A stretch of DNA of 57,333 nucleotides from Candidatus Omnitrophota bacterium. GTDB taxonomy: Bacteria > Omnitrophota > Gorgyraeia > Zapsychrales > Fredricksoniimonadaceae. Below the pieces are notes generated by a model that had not been told where the DNA came from, did no database searches, and was given only the letters and a program-made list of their open reading frames with translations. The translations under genes were made by a program, and so were the position numbers. The DNA is taken from the NCBI GenBank assembly GCA_903861305.1, contig CAIOTT010000045.1, positions 1 through 57,333 of the forward strand, in the 5' to 3' direction. Below are positions 21,727 through 31,854 of this stretch, piece after piece; positions within the stretch are counted from its first letter, which is position 1; each line of letters starts with the position of its first letter.

Positions 21727-23991
21727 ATGTCCCAAAAAGACGAATTTATCATCATGTTCAAGGCCGAGGCCGAGGAATATGTGACCAAGCTTGAAAAAGG
21801 CCTGGTTGACCTTGAAAAAAATCCGGGCAATACGGAACTTGTCAAAGAACTTAACCGCGTGGCCCATACGCTGAAGGGGGCTGCGCGTGTTTTTGCTTTC
21901 AAGGATATCCAGGATGTCACGCACCGGATCGAGACCATATTTGAAAAGGTGCACAACAAGCAGCTCACCTTCACGCCGTTGATCGCGGACAAGATATTCA
22001 AGGGGATGGACCTTGTCAAGAGCATCGTCAATAACATTGGTAAGGGCGGTATCGTGGCGGTGGATGTGCCCGGGGTATGCCAGGGGCTGGATGAATGTTT
22101 GCCTGCGGGTAATGTTTTGCCCGCGAAAGCAGCACCCCCAGCGCCAGCAGCACCCGTCGCAACTGCCGAACCTGCCGCAGAGGCGCTTGCCGTAAAACCC
22201 GAGGCGTCGAAGACCGAAGCCGCGGGCCATGCGGCGGACGTCGAAGAGTACGTCCGCATGCCCTTAAGCCGGGTGAACAAGCTGCTCAATCTTATCGGTG
22301 AGATGGTCATCAACAAGATGACCGCGACAGCCAAGATCACGCGTGCCAAGAAGATGACCGTTCTGTCGAAGAACAGCCAGTCTTTGTTATATGTTCTTGA
22401 AGAGACGCTTAGAAAGAATCCCTCCGTGAGCGACGATGTTTATAAATTGCTCAGCCGTTGCAATGCCGAGGCCCGTAAGGTGAGGGAGCTTTCTTTGACC
22501 CTCTGGGAGACAGCTTCGATCGAGGCGTTCCATCTGAATCCTGTCATTGATGAGCTTCAGTCGAGCATGAAGGAATTGCGCATGCTGCCGCTGGCCACTA
22601 TTTTTGAGGGCCTGCCCAGGATGGTCAGGGATATTGCCCGGGAAAAAGGCAAAGAGGTCGATCTTGTCATTACCGGCGCCGAGACCCAGCTGGATAAGAA
22701 AGTCCTGGAGGGCCTTAAGGCATCGCTGGTGCATGTCCTGCGCAATGCGGTCGATCATGGCATTGAAATGCCCGAGACGCGAAAGTCTTTGGGCAAGCCT
22801 TCCGCAGGCACGATCAAAATGTCGGCGTTCCACGAAGGCGGCTCGGTTGTCATCAGGATCGAGGACGACGGGCAGGGGATCGATCCTGAACGGATCCGCC
22901 AGTCGGTCCTGCGCAAGGGGATCATCCCGGCTGATGAACTCGTTAAGATGACAGATAAAGAGATCGTGAATATCATTTTTATGAACGGGTTCTCCACCAG
23001 CCCTATCATCACGGATATTTCCGGCCGTGGCATCGGCCTTGACATCGTCCGCCGTGATATTGAACAGCTCAAAGGCAAGATATTTTTAACGTCGAAACCC
23101 GGCGAGGGGACGACCTTTTCTCTCATCCTCCCGTTGACGATCGCCATTATCCAGGTCCTCCTGGTGAGGGTCCATGACCTTATCTTTGCCATCCCCGTCC
23201 CGTCGATCGCGGAGAGTTTGTCTGTGGAAAAGAACGACCTTTCCACCATGGAAGGGCGCATGGCGATCAGCATCCGGGGGCACAGCCTGCCGCTGGCCCG
23301 GTTGAGCGATACGCTGGGTATTCCCTCCCATGCCAAAGAGGACGAGGCTGCAGGGCGTACCTCTGCGGGCAAGATGCCGGTGGTCATTGTTTCTTCCCTC
23401 GACAAGAAGGTTGGCTTCATCGTGGACCAGATCGTCGGTGAGGAAGAGGTGTTCATCAAGGGGTTGGGGGCCCATCTGGGCAAAGTCAAGAATGTCAGCG
23501 GGGCCACGGTCCGTTCCATGGGAGACGTGGTCGTGATCCTGGATGTCGAGGACCTTCTTTCCCACAGCAGCCTCGGCCATCCCGCGGCCATGGTCCGCAA
23601 AGCGAGCCACGTCGGCAAGGTGATCAAAAAGAGGGTGCTGGTTTGCGACGACGCCTTTTCCACCCGGGAATTGGTCAAGAGCCTCATTGAAGCCGTCGGT
23701 TATAGCGTTGATACGGCGGTCGACGGCCTGGACGGCTGGGAGCGGTTGTCCAAGGCCAAATACGACCTGGTCGTAACGGATGTCGAGATGCCGCGGATGA
23801 CGGGGTTCGAATTGTGTGACCAGATCAAGAAAAGCCAGGGCTTTGCGGATATCCCGGTCGTGCTGGTAACAGCCCTGGACAAGCCACAGGACAAGAAGTA
23901 CGGGATCGATGTGGGCGCTTCCGCCTACATTGTCAAAACATCGTTCGATCAGTCATCACTGCTCGATACCATCAAAAGGTTGATTGGATAG
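21727..23991 (+). CDS. cheA: CheA histidine kinase with C-terminal receiver domain
   Basis: HPt AHTLKG, HVLRNAVDHGIE, SGRGIGLD, CheW domain, C-terminal REC (TDVEMP); no P2 domain. Confidence 0.95.
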   Translation: MSQKDEFIIMFKAEAEEYVTKLEKGLVDLEKNPGNTELVKELNRVAHTLKGAARVFAFKDIQDVTHRIETIFEKVHNKQLTFTPLIADKIFKGMDLVKSIVNNIGKGGIVAVDVPGVCQGLDECLPAGNVLPAKAAPPAPAAPVATAEPAAEALAVKPEASKTEAAGHAADVEEYVRMPLSRVNKLLNLIGEMVINKMTATAKITRAKKMTVLSKNSQSLLYVLEETLRKNPSVSDDVYKLLSRCNAEARKVRELSLTLWETASIEAFHLNPVIDELQSSMKELRMLPLATIFEGLPRMVRDIAREKGKEVDLVITGAETQLDKKVLEGLKASLVHVLRNAVDHGIEMPETRKSLGKPSAGTIKMSAFHEGGSVVIRIEDDGQGIDPERIRQSVLRKGIIPADELVKMTDKEIVNIIFMNGFSTSPIITDISGRGIGLDIVRRDIEQLKGKIFLTSKPGEGTTFSLILPLTIAIIQVLLVRVHDLIFAIPVPSIAESLSVEKNDLSTMEGRMAISIRGHSLPLARLSDTLGIPSHAKEDEAAGRTSAGKMPVVIVSSLDKKVGFIVDQIVGEEEVFIKGLGAHLGKVKNVSGATVRSMGDVVVILDVEDLLSHSSLGHPAAMVRKASHVGKVIKKRVLVCDDAFSTRELVKSLIEAVGYSVDTAVDGLDGWERLSKAKYDLVVTDVEMPRMTGFELCDQIKKSQGFADIPVVLVTALDKPQDKKYGIDVGASAYIVKTSFDQSSLLDTIKRLIG

Positions 23992-23997
23992 GATCAC

Positions 23998-25065
23998 ATG
24001 GATATTGATGTTAAGAAGAAAGTCAAGGTACTGATCGCGGAAGATTCTCCGGTCATTGCCACGGTCATTGCAACGCTTTTGTCATCCGACCCTCAGGTCC
24101 AGGTCGTCGGCATCGCGCATAACGGGAAAGAGGCCGTTGAACTCGCGGCTGAAATGAGGCCGGATATCATCACCATGGATATCCATATGCCTGTGATGGA
24201 CGGCTATGAGGCGACAAAGCAGATCATGGCGCATACGCCCACGCCTATCCTGATCGCTTCGGCCGCGGTCCAGGCTGACGGGATCGACCGGATGTTCCGG
24301 GCCATTTCATACGGGGCCCTGGACCTGCTGGACATCAGCGGCCTTGCGGTCGGCGACAAGGCCCTGGCGGATAAATTCATCCAGAGCATCAAACTTCTCA
24401 GCCGCATCAAGGTGGTCCATCATTTGCTGGCAAAACTGGAACTTTCCGGGATCCGCGCGCCATTCTCGACGGAAACAAACTTGGCGCAGGGCACGGACGA
24501 CATCCTGGCGATCGCGGCATCGACGGGCGGGCCTTTGGCGATCATGAAGATACTCAAGGACCTGCCGAAAGACCTTCCGTGCGGTGTTGTTGTGGTCCAG
24601 CATATTACCAGCGGTTTTCTGGAACAGTTCGCCAACTGGCTTACGACGGAATGCCATTTGAATGTCAAGGTCGCCCAGAACGGGGAGTTCATCCGCGCCG
24701 GTGTGGTTTACCTTGCGCCATGCGACATGCAGATGAGGGTCAGCGAAGCCCATACTTTGTGTATTTCGGATGAAATGCCGTACGACGGCCACAAACCGTC
24801 CGGGACCGTTCTCATGGAGTCAGTGGCCCGTGTTTACAAAGAGAATGCCGTGGGCGTTATCCTGACCGGGATGGGGAAAGACGGTGCGCGGGGGATGCTC
24901 GAGATCAAGAAAGCGGGCGGCCGCACGATCGCGCAGGACGAGGGGACGTCCATCGTTTTTGGTATGCCGAAAGAGGCGATCGATCTCGGGTGCATCGATC
25001 ACGTGTGCCCGCTCGACCGCATCGCGCCGGAGATCGCTGGCATGATCATCAGGAGAGGGGCGTGA
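23998..25065 (+). CDS. cheB: Chemotaxis methylesterase CheB (REC + esterase)
   Basis: ASTGG, VQHI, LTGMGKDG. Confidence 0.95.
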   Translation: MDIDVKKKVKVLIAEDSPVIATVIATLLSSDPQVQVVGIAHNGKEAVELAAEMRPDIITMDIHMPVMDGYEATKQIMAHTPTPILIASAAVQADGIDRMFRAISYGALDLLDISGLAVGDKALADKFIQSIKLLSRIKVVHHLLAKLELSGIRAPFSTETNLAQGTDDILAIAASTGGPLAIMKILKDLPKDLPCGVVVVQHITSGFLEQFANWLTTECHLNVKVAQNGEFIRAGVVYLAPCDMQMRVSEAHTLCISDEMPYDGHKPSGTVLMESVARVYKENAVGVILTGMGKDGARGMLEIKKAGGRTIAQDEGTSIVFGMPKEAIDLGCIDHVCPLDRIAPEIAGMIIRRGA

Positions 25066-25069
25066 AACA

Positions 25070-25555
25070 ATGACACCAGCTGCCACTGCCAAGAAAAAGA
25101 ACCTGCGCCAGATACTGGTCTTTTCCCTGCGGGGCGAAGAGATGGCGCTGCCCATTGAGTCTGTCCGGGAAGTCCTCATGATGCAGTTGATCCACCCGCT
25201 GGTGCAGGCCCCTGACTTTATCGAGGGTGTCATCCATCTGCGTAAATTTGTCCTGGCGGTGGTCTCGCTGAGAAAGAGGCTTGGTTTCACCCCGTGCGAG
25301 GACGTTTCCAGGGAGCGCATCATCATTTGCAAGGTCAACACGATGATCATTGGCCTTATGGTGGACAATGTCAGCCAGGTGCTCACGGTGCCCGAACGCG
25401 ACATCCAGCCGGCGCCGGACATCCTTTCCCTGCAGAGATCGGGTCATTATGTGTCAGGCCTTGCCAGGGTGGGGGAACGTGTGATCACCCTGCTGGACAT
25501 CGAAAGGGTCATAACGCGCGAAGAATTGACACGTTTATCAGAGGTAACGGCATGA
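25070..25555 (+). CDS. cheW: Second CheW
   Basis: LVFSLRGEE, EGVIHLR, GLMVDNV. Confidence 0.88.
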   Translation: MTPAATAKKKNLRQILVFSLRGEEMALPIESVREVLMMQLIHPLVQAPDFIEGVIHLRKFVLAVVSLRKRLGFTPCEDVSRERIIICKVNTMIIGLMVDNVSQVLTVPERDIQPAPDILSLQRSGHYVSGLARVGERVITLLDIERVITREELTRLSEVTA

Positions 25556-27063
25556 GCCATCTCGAACCGTTGTCAGCTGAGGATTTTCGCCTTTTCCAGG
25601 AATTTTTCGTGGCGGAGACCGGCCTGTATTTTGACAACGCCTCGGACCACCTGCTGTTGGATGCTTTCCAGGAACGGATGAAAGTGAAAGGGCATGCCTC
25701 CCACAAGGAATACTATCACTATCTCAAATACCATCCGGAGGGCCGCATCGAGCTGCGGGAACTCCTGGTCCTTATCACGACGGGAGAAACATACTTTTTC
25801 AGGAACATAGCCCAGTTCGAGGTCCTGATGAACGACGTTTTGCCCGACATCATCCGCCGGAAACGGGCGGCTTCGGACAAGTCCATCAGGATATGGTCCG
25901 CGGGTTCCTCCAGGGGTGACGAGGCTTATTCGGTCGCGATCGCCATCATGGAGGTCCTGCCTGACTTCAGGGACTGGGATATCAGGATATTGGGCACTGA
26001 CATCAACCGCGATGTCCTCGCCGTGGCCCGCGCGGGGGTCTATACCCCCAAGGACATCGGCGAGCTGCCGCCTGATTACGTCGAGAAATATTTTGTCCGC
26101 GACAGGTCGGATTATGTGCTGAGCCAGGATATCAAGGCCATGGTCAGGTTCGATTACCATAATCTCGCCCGGGACCCGTTCACCCAGGACGTGATGAAGG
26201 GGCTGGATATCATTTTTTGCCGCAACGTCACCATTTATTTCAATCTTGAGACCACGCGCGAGCTGATGGCCAGGTTTTACGACAGCCTGCTGGAAGGCGG
26301 CTACCTGTTCCTGGGCCATTCGGAGACGTTGTGGCAGATCAATCATTCGTTCCAGACCATAGAATATCCGCACACGTTCATTTACAAGAAAGGGCCCCGG
26401 GCTGTTGTCCCTAAAGCCCCGGTATCGTCCATCACACTTCCCGTGATGGCGTTCGAAGGTGATCTTCCCGTGAGGACGGCCAGTCATGATCACAAGGCGC
26501 CCGCGGCGCGTGATGAGAAGCCGCGGCCGCCTGTCACATCGGACATGAAAGCGGATGTGCTTTTGACCGAGGCCACGCGGCTTTACCAGGAAAAAAAATA
26601 TGACGGGGCGCTGGCAACCCTTGACGGCATTGCGGCGCATCATGACGAGCATGCGCGCGCGGAATTCCTCAGGGCCGTGATCTTCGCGGACCAGGAAAAA
26701 TACGATGAGGCGCTGGCGCAGATCCAGAAGGTTGTTAAAAAAGACAGCCTGAACGTCGAAGCGGCATTCTTTCTCGCGACGCTTTATGCCAAGGTCGGCA
26801 AACTGGCTGACGCAGAAACACTTTTCCGCCGCGTGATCTATCTTGAGGCGGATGAGCCGCTGGCGTATTTTCATCTGGGAAATATTTATACATCCCAGAA
26901 AAAGGCTTCCAAAGCCTCTTTGGAATTCATGAATGCCGTCAGGATCCTGGAAAAGCGCAAACCTGAGGATCCGGTCAGGTTCAGCGAGGACCTTTCCTCC
27001 GGGCTTTTGCTGCAGTCCTGCAAACACAATTTAACCCCGCTGCCAAAAGCAGGGGGGGGGTAA
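25552..27063 (+). CDS. cheR: CheR methyltransferase with C-terminal TPR repeats
   Basis: Start moved to ATG 25552 (SD GAGG, overlaps cheW stop). TTGETYFFR, IWSAG, IIFCRNV, LFLGHSE, then TPRs. Confidence 0.92.
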   Translation: MSHLEPLSAEDFRLFQEFFVAETGLYFDNASDHLLLDAFQERMKVKGHASHKEYYHYLKYHPEGRIELRELLVLITTGETYFFRNIAQFEVLMNDVLPDIIRRKRAASDKSIRIWSAGSSRGDEAYSVAIAIMEVLPDFRDWDIRILGTDINRDVLAVARAGVYTPKDIGELPPDYVEKYFVRDRSDYVLSQDIKAMVRFDYHNLARDPFTQDVMKGLDIIFCRNVTIYFNLETTRELMARFYDSLLEGGYLFLGHSETLWQINHSFQTIEYPHTFIYKKGPRAVVPKAPVSSITLPVMAFEGDLPVRTASHDHKAPAARDEKPRPPVTSDMKADVLLTEATRLYQEKKYDGALATLDGIAAHHDEHARAEFLRAVIFADQEKYDEALAQIQKVVKKDSLNVEAAFFLATLYAKVGKLADAETLFRRVIYLEADEPLAYFHLGNIYTSQKKASKASLEFMNAVRILEKRKPEDPVRFSEDLSSGLLLQSCKHNLTPLPKAGGG

Positions 27064-27078
27064 ACAAAGGAATCCGCC

Positions 27079-28707
27079 ATGGAAACTAGAAAAGTGCTTA
27101 TCATTGACGACGATCGTGTGACCCGTGAACAGATCGCCAAAGAATTGAAGCGGCACTATTGCGAACCGTTCCTGGCGGCCGACGGAAAAGAGGGTCTTGA
27201 GGTTTTGTTGCGTGAGGATATCAGCATCCTTCTTCTGGACGTCAAGCTTCCTGATGTGGACGGGCTGGAATTCCTCAAGCAGGTGAAGGACCAAAAGCCC
27301 AATTGCGAAGTGATCGTCATTACGGGGTTCGGCAGCGAGTCGATCGCGATACAATCCCTGCGCCGAGGGGCTATCGACTACCTGGAGAAACCCATTAATT
27401 TTGATGAGCTGGCCGCCGCGCTCGGGCGGGCCCAGGAGAAGTTGTTAGAACGCGAGGAGCTTTCGTACAAGAGCACTGTCCTTTTGATCGATGACGAGGA
27501 AAGCGCCATCCTGCCACTTAAGCGTTTTCTGGAAAAGGAGGGCTATGAAGTCTTTACGGCCCTCAGCGGCAAGGACGGCCTGCGCCTCATCGAGAACAAC
27601 AAGATCGATATCCTGGTCACGGATATCCACATCGGGGACGCGAACGGCATTGAGATCCTGCATGCGGCAAAGAAGCTTTACAAGGATATCGAGGGGATCG
27701 TCGTGACGGGGCAGAAAGACGAGATCCTGGCCATCGATTCATTGCGGGCCGGCGCATCGGATTATCTGACCAAGCCCATCAACTTTGACGAGCTCTTGCT
27801 TTCCATGCAAAAGGTGGTGGATAAGATCAACCTCAACCGTGACCGGTTGTACCGTAACCGCGAGCTGAAGATATCCTCGGAGATCATCGCCAAGATGAAC
27901 GAGGAGCTTGAACGCCGCATCGAGGACCGCTCCAGGGAACTCAACCAGACCCAGGCCCAGCTGTTCCAGACGTCCAAGCTGGCGACCCTTGGTGAAATGT
28001 CCGCGGGGTTAGCCCACGAGATCAACCAGCCGCTCGGCGGTATCGCGCTTATTTGCGCCAATATCAAAAAATCGATCGAACGCGGGAAATTTTCCCAGGA
28101 AATGCTCATGGTGGATATCGCGGACATCCAGAAATCCATCCAGCGCATGACCCGTGTTATCCAGCACATGCGCACCTTTGCCCGTCAGGATGCGTTGAAG
28201 TTCATTGATGTCGAAGTTGATTCGACCATCAATTCCGCGTTGAGCTTGTTGGGTGAGCAATTGCGCCTGCATGAGGTCGAGGTCGTCCTTGAATTGGGGC
28301 AGGATATTCCCAAGATCATGGGTGAGCCCTTCCAGCTGGAACAGGTATGGATCAATTTCATGTCCAATGCCAGGGATTCCATGGATGAGAAAGAACTCAA
28401 GATCAAGGAAGGCAGGCTTCCGGCCGGTCCTTACAGCAAGAAATTGACGGTCTCAACGTCGTTCGAGCCCGGCGGGAAGTTCGTCAAGGTTGTGTTCGCT
28501 GACAACGGCATGGGGATCTCCGATGAAAAGAAGAAAAAGGTCTTTGAACCGTTCTTCACGACAAAAGAGGTCGGCAAGGGGTCGGGTTTGGGATTGTCCA
28601 TTTCTTTTGGCATCATCGAGAGCCATCACGGGAAGATCTCGGTTGAGGGGCCGGAGGGAGAAGGCGCGTCATTCATCGTTCTATTGCCTATTTGGGAGGT
28701 CAAATGA
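27079..28707 (+). CDS. Tandem REC-REC histidine kinase
   Basis: Two receiver domains, AHEINQPL, DNGMG, FFTTK, GSGLGL. Confidence 0.92.
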   Translation: METRKVLIIDDDRVTREQIAKELKRHYCEPFLAADGKEGLEVLLREDISILLLDVKLPDVDGLEFLKQVKDQKPNCEVIVITGFGSESIAIQSLRRGAIDYLEKPINFDELAAALGRAQEKLLEREELSYKSTVLLIDDEESAILPLKRFLEKEGYEVFTALSGKDGLRLIENNKIDILVTDIHIGDANGIEILHAAKKLYKDIEGIVVTGQKDEILAIDSLRAGASDYLTKPINFDELLLSMQKVVDKINLNRDRLYRNRELKISSEIIAKMNEELERRIEDRSRELNQTQAQLFQTSKLATLGEMSAGLAHEINQPLGGIALICANIKKSIERGKFSQEMLMVDIADIQKSIQRMTRVIQHMRTFARQDALKFIDVEVDSTINSALSLLGEQLRLHEVEVVLELGQDIPKIMGEPFQLEQVWINFMSNARDSMDEKELKIKEGRLPAGPYSKKLTVSTSFEPGGKFVKVVFADNGMGISDEKKKKVFEPFFTTKEVGKGSGLGLSISFGIIESHHGKISVEGPEGEGASFIVLLPIWEVK

Positions 28708-29939
28708 CACAGGAAAATATATACAAGGTACTCGTCATCGATGACGAAGAGATACTGCGCGACAGGTTAAAACAGCTGTTGCAGCTGGACGATTACGAGG
28801 TGACCACGGCCGAGAACGGCCCCAAGGGGATCGAGGAGTTCAGCAGGATCAGCCCTGACCTTGTCCTGCTGGACATCAAGATGCCCGGCATGGACGGCAT
28901 CGAGGTCCTTCACCGGCTCAAGCAATTGCCCCATTCCGCCGAGGTCTTCATCATGACCGGGCATGGCGGCCTTGAAACAGCCATCCTGGCCATGCGCGAG
29001 GGGGCTTTCGATTACATGACCAAGCCCATTGAATACGACGAGCTGGAGATCAATCTCAAGAGGGCCATTGCCAAGCGCCAGCTTGAGGCGCGTGAAAAGC
29101 TTCACGTGGATGAAATTGAAAGTGTTAACAAGAAACTGAAGATCCAGGGTGTCCAGCTTTTGCAGTCCGCCAAACTGGCGGCCGTGGGCGAGCTTGGCGC
29201 CGGCGTGGCCCATGAGATGAACCAGCCCCTGATGGCCATCGCCTCCCATATGGAGATACTCCTTCTTAACCCGGCGATCACGTCCGATCCCAAGCTTCTG
29301 GAAAAGGTCCAGAAGATCAAGGACCAGTTCGCCCGCCTTTCGACCATCGTCAAGCGCATGCACGATTATTCCAGCGGCCGGACCGGGAGCTACGTGGATG
29401 AGACCCTCAACCGCCCCGTCCACGACGGGTATTATCTTTTCGCCCAGCAGTTCAAGGACCATAACATTGAACTGACCATTAACCTGAAGGAAGACCTTTC
29501 CAGGACCAAGCTCGACCGTCACCAGATCCAGGATGTTGTCATCAACTTCCTTATAAATTCCCGTGACGCCGTGGATGATGTCTTCAGCTTGAAGGAGGGC
29601 GGACGGATCGATATTGTCACCCGTGAACTCCCGGCGAACGACTGCATCCTGGCCGCAGTGAGGGACAACGGGATCTCTGTCCAGGAAGGCACGGAAGAAT
29701 CGCTTTTTAATCCGTTCTTTACGACAAAACCTGTCGGCAAGGGGACCGGCCTGGGGCTGTCAGTGTGCTATAACATCATCAAGAACCATAACGGCATCAT
29801 CGGTTTCACGGCATTGCCGGACAAGCGCAAGGCGTTTTATTTTGCCTTGCCCAGGGACCCCAAGAAAAACCTTGTGGATGACGCGGGGGTCATCCCGGCG
29901 ATCCAGGAAGATCTCAAGGCCTGCTTTTCAGCGGCCTGA
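28704..29939 (+). CDS. REC-histidine kinase
   Basis: Start at ATG 28704 (MTQENIYKVLVIDD). AHEMNQPL, FFTTK, GTGLGL. Confidence 0.9.
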   Translation: MTQENIYKVLVIDDEEILRDRLKQLLQLDDYEVTTAENGPKGIEEFSRISPDLVLLDIKMPGMDGIEVLHRLKQLPHSAEVFIMTGHGGLETAILAMREGAFDYMTKPIEYDELEINLKRAIAKRQLEAREKLHVDEIESVNKKLKIQGVQLLQSAKLAAVGELGAGVAHEMNQPLMAIASHMEILLLNPAITSDPKLLEKVQKIKDQFARLSTIVKRMHDYSSGRTGSYVDETLNRPVHDGYYLFAQQFKDHNIELTINLKEDLSRTKLDRHQIQDVVINFLINSRDAVDDVFSLKEGGRIDIVTRELPANDCILAAVRDNGISVQEGTEESLFNPFFTTKPVGKGTGLGLSVCYNIIKNHNGIIGFTALPDKRKAFYFALPRDPKKNLVDDAGVIPAIQEDLKACFSAA

Positions 29940-29975
29940 TCCATATAACGTAACAAACAGAAGGGCTCATCATCG

Positions 29976-30794
29976 ATGGTCAAGGCCAAACGGAAAAGCA
30001 AACGCAAAGCTGCTGGTAAAGATCCAGATAAATGGCATTTAAAGCTCGCCTTTGCCCTGGGCAAGGGTGTTAAAAAAGTTTCTCGCAAGATCCCGCGTTC
30101 CAAAAAACCTTCCGGAAAACGGCCCGGCCGGAAAAAGAGCACGGCGAGGGAAGCTGAACTGCTCACGTTGAATATTTTCGAGGGCGACCCTGATCATCCG
30201 CTCACGCCTATCTTCAAGGAGCTGAAGGCAGTATTCGATATCAGCGGCTTGACCGCGGCGCTTGAGGAAATGAACCGTATCAGCCTCAGGCATTCGGACC
30301 ATCCTGTGGTCAACCGTTTTGTGGCGACGGTCAACAGCCTCTCGCCGGCGGAACAGGAGTTGCTTTCCAGAAAATTCATTGAACGGCTGCGCGACAACCT
30401 TTCGTTCAACAACACCCTCTACGCTCCGCACGGGAAGATGTCCGAAGAGGATTGCGAAAAGATCTCGGGAGCGTTCATTGAGGCTGTATCCTCAACGCTG
30501 GAAGACGCTGGCATCTCCGAGGAAGACCGCGCGTTCCTCCAGAAGATCTCCGATGATGTGACGCGGCCTTTGAACGAACTGGTACAGTTCTATCTCCATC
30601 CCAAAACGTTCTCCCAAAAAGTGAAGCGCTTGTGGCGGATGCAGCGGCTGATCATCAAGTTCATCAAGCTGGTGCATTTGAGCCGTTCGCTCGCGTTGAA
30701 GGATCCTGACGCCTTCACGGGCGCCGCCCCGCTGCGGGAGAATGTCGATCCAAGCCGCTGGCTTGCGGCAGGAGCTTCGGTCCATGAGCATTGA
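29976..30794 (+). CDS. Hypothetical protein with K/R-rich N-terminus
   Basis: 272-aa ORF co-oriented with and filling the gap between flanking genes; no recognised motif. Confidence 0.6.
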   Translation: MVKAKRKSKRKAAGKDPDKWHLKLAFALGKGVKKVSRKIPRSKKPSGKRPGRKKSTAREAELLTLNIFEGDPDHPLTPIFKELKAVFDISGLTAALEEMNRISLRHSDHPVVNRFVATVNSLSPAEQELLSRKFIERLRDNLSFNNTLYAPHGKMSEEDCEKISGAFIEAVSSTLEDAGISEEDRAFLQKISDDVTRPLNELVQFYLHPKTFSQKVKRLWRMQRLIIKFIKLVHLSRSLALKDPDAFTGAAPLRENVDPSRWLAAGASVHEH

Positions 30795-31854
30795 GGTCAG
30801 GCACATCCACAAGAAATTCGGCAATTTCCAGGCCCTTGAGAACCTCAGCCTTAAAGTTGAGACTGGGGAGCTCCTGGCGCTCCTGGGCCCTTCCGGTTCA
30901 GGCAAGACCACGCTGCTGCGCATCGTTGCCGGCCTGGATTTTTATGACAAGGGCCAGGTGCTTTTCGGTGACAAGGACGCCCAGGACAAGAAAGCCAGCG
31001 AACGCGGTGTGGGATTCGTTTTTCAGCATTACGCTCTTTTCCGTCACATGACGGTGTTTGACAATATCGCCTTCGGCTTGACCGTGCAGCCGCGCTATAT
31101 ACGCCCCTCGCGGGCCCAGATCCACGCCAAGGTCATGGAATTGTTGAAGCTGGTCCAGCTGGAATGGCTCGCGGACCGTTTTCCCTGGCAGCTTTCCGGC
31201 GGTCAACGGCAGAGGATCGCGCTGGCCAGGGCGCTGGCGGTGCGGCCGAGGGTCCTGCTTCTCGATGAGCCTTTCGGGTCGCTCGATGCCCAGGTGCGCA
31301 AGGAACTGCGTTTGTGGTTGCGGCGTTTCCATGATGAGTCCCAGATCACGACACTCTTTGTGACCCATGACCAAGAAGAGGCGCTTGAGGTTGCGGACCG
31401 GATCGTTGTCATGAACCAGGGCCGCATCGAGCAGATCGGAACGCCTGAGGAGGTCTATCATAATCCGGCGAACGCTTTTGTCCTAAATTTCCTTGGCAGT
31501 GTCAATTTCTTCCATTGCCGCCTCGAGCAGGGGAAAGCCATCATCGGGGACACGGCCATTGATGTCCCGGGGCTTACTGTCGACAAACCTCACCCCGCGA
31601 AACTCTATGTGCGTCCCAACCAGTTCAAGCTCTCCCGGTACCCGGGCAAGGGCTCCAGCCTAAAAGCCGTTGTGGAATACCTTAACCCGGCGGGGACGGT
31701 TGTGAAGGTCAACGTGAAGACCGAAACGGGCGAGCTGTTTTATATCGAGATCACCCAGGAAGAGCTGAAACAGCTCAAGCTTGTCAAAGCACAACAGGTC
31801 TATGTCACGCTCAAGGATGTCACGTATTCGGAATATGTTAAAAACACGCCTTAA
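30784..31854 (+). CDS. cysA: Sulfate/thiosulfate ABC transporter ATP-binding protein
   Basis: Start moved to ATG 30784. [30 protein letters not shown]-terminal TOBE-like region. Confidence 0.88.
   Translation: MSIEVRHIHKKFGNFQALENLSLKVETGELLALLGPSGSGKTTLLRIVAGLDFYDKGQVLFGDKDAQDKKASERGVGFVFQHYALFRHMTVFDNIAFGLTVQPRYIRPSRAQIHAKVMELLKLVQLEWLADRFPWQLSGGQRQRIALARALAVRPRVLLLDEPFGSLDAQVRKELRLWLRRFHDESQITTLFVTHDQEEALEVADRIVVMNQGRIEQIGTPEEVYHNPANAFVLNFLGSVNFFHCRLEQGKAIIGDTAIDVPGLTVDKPHPAKLYVRPNQFKLSRYPGKGSSLKAVVEYLNPAGTVVKVNVKTETGELFYIEITQEELKQLKLVKAQQVYVTLKDVTYSEYVKNTP

Noticed and set aside
25294-25551. Track's upstream extensions of cheR (also 1252, 18652, 30742, 31781, 42189 starts)
   Set aside because: They overlap upstream genes extensively; downstream ATGs with SD or stop-start coupling fit the domain boundaries better.
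27052-27060. G9 tract at the end of cheR as a phase-variation switch
   Set aside because: It sits just before the stop. A +/-1 slip only adds a short tail and cannot fuse to the next gene, which is in the same frame behind the TAA.
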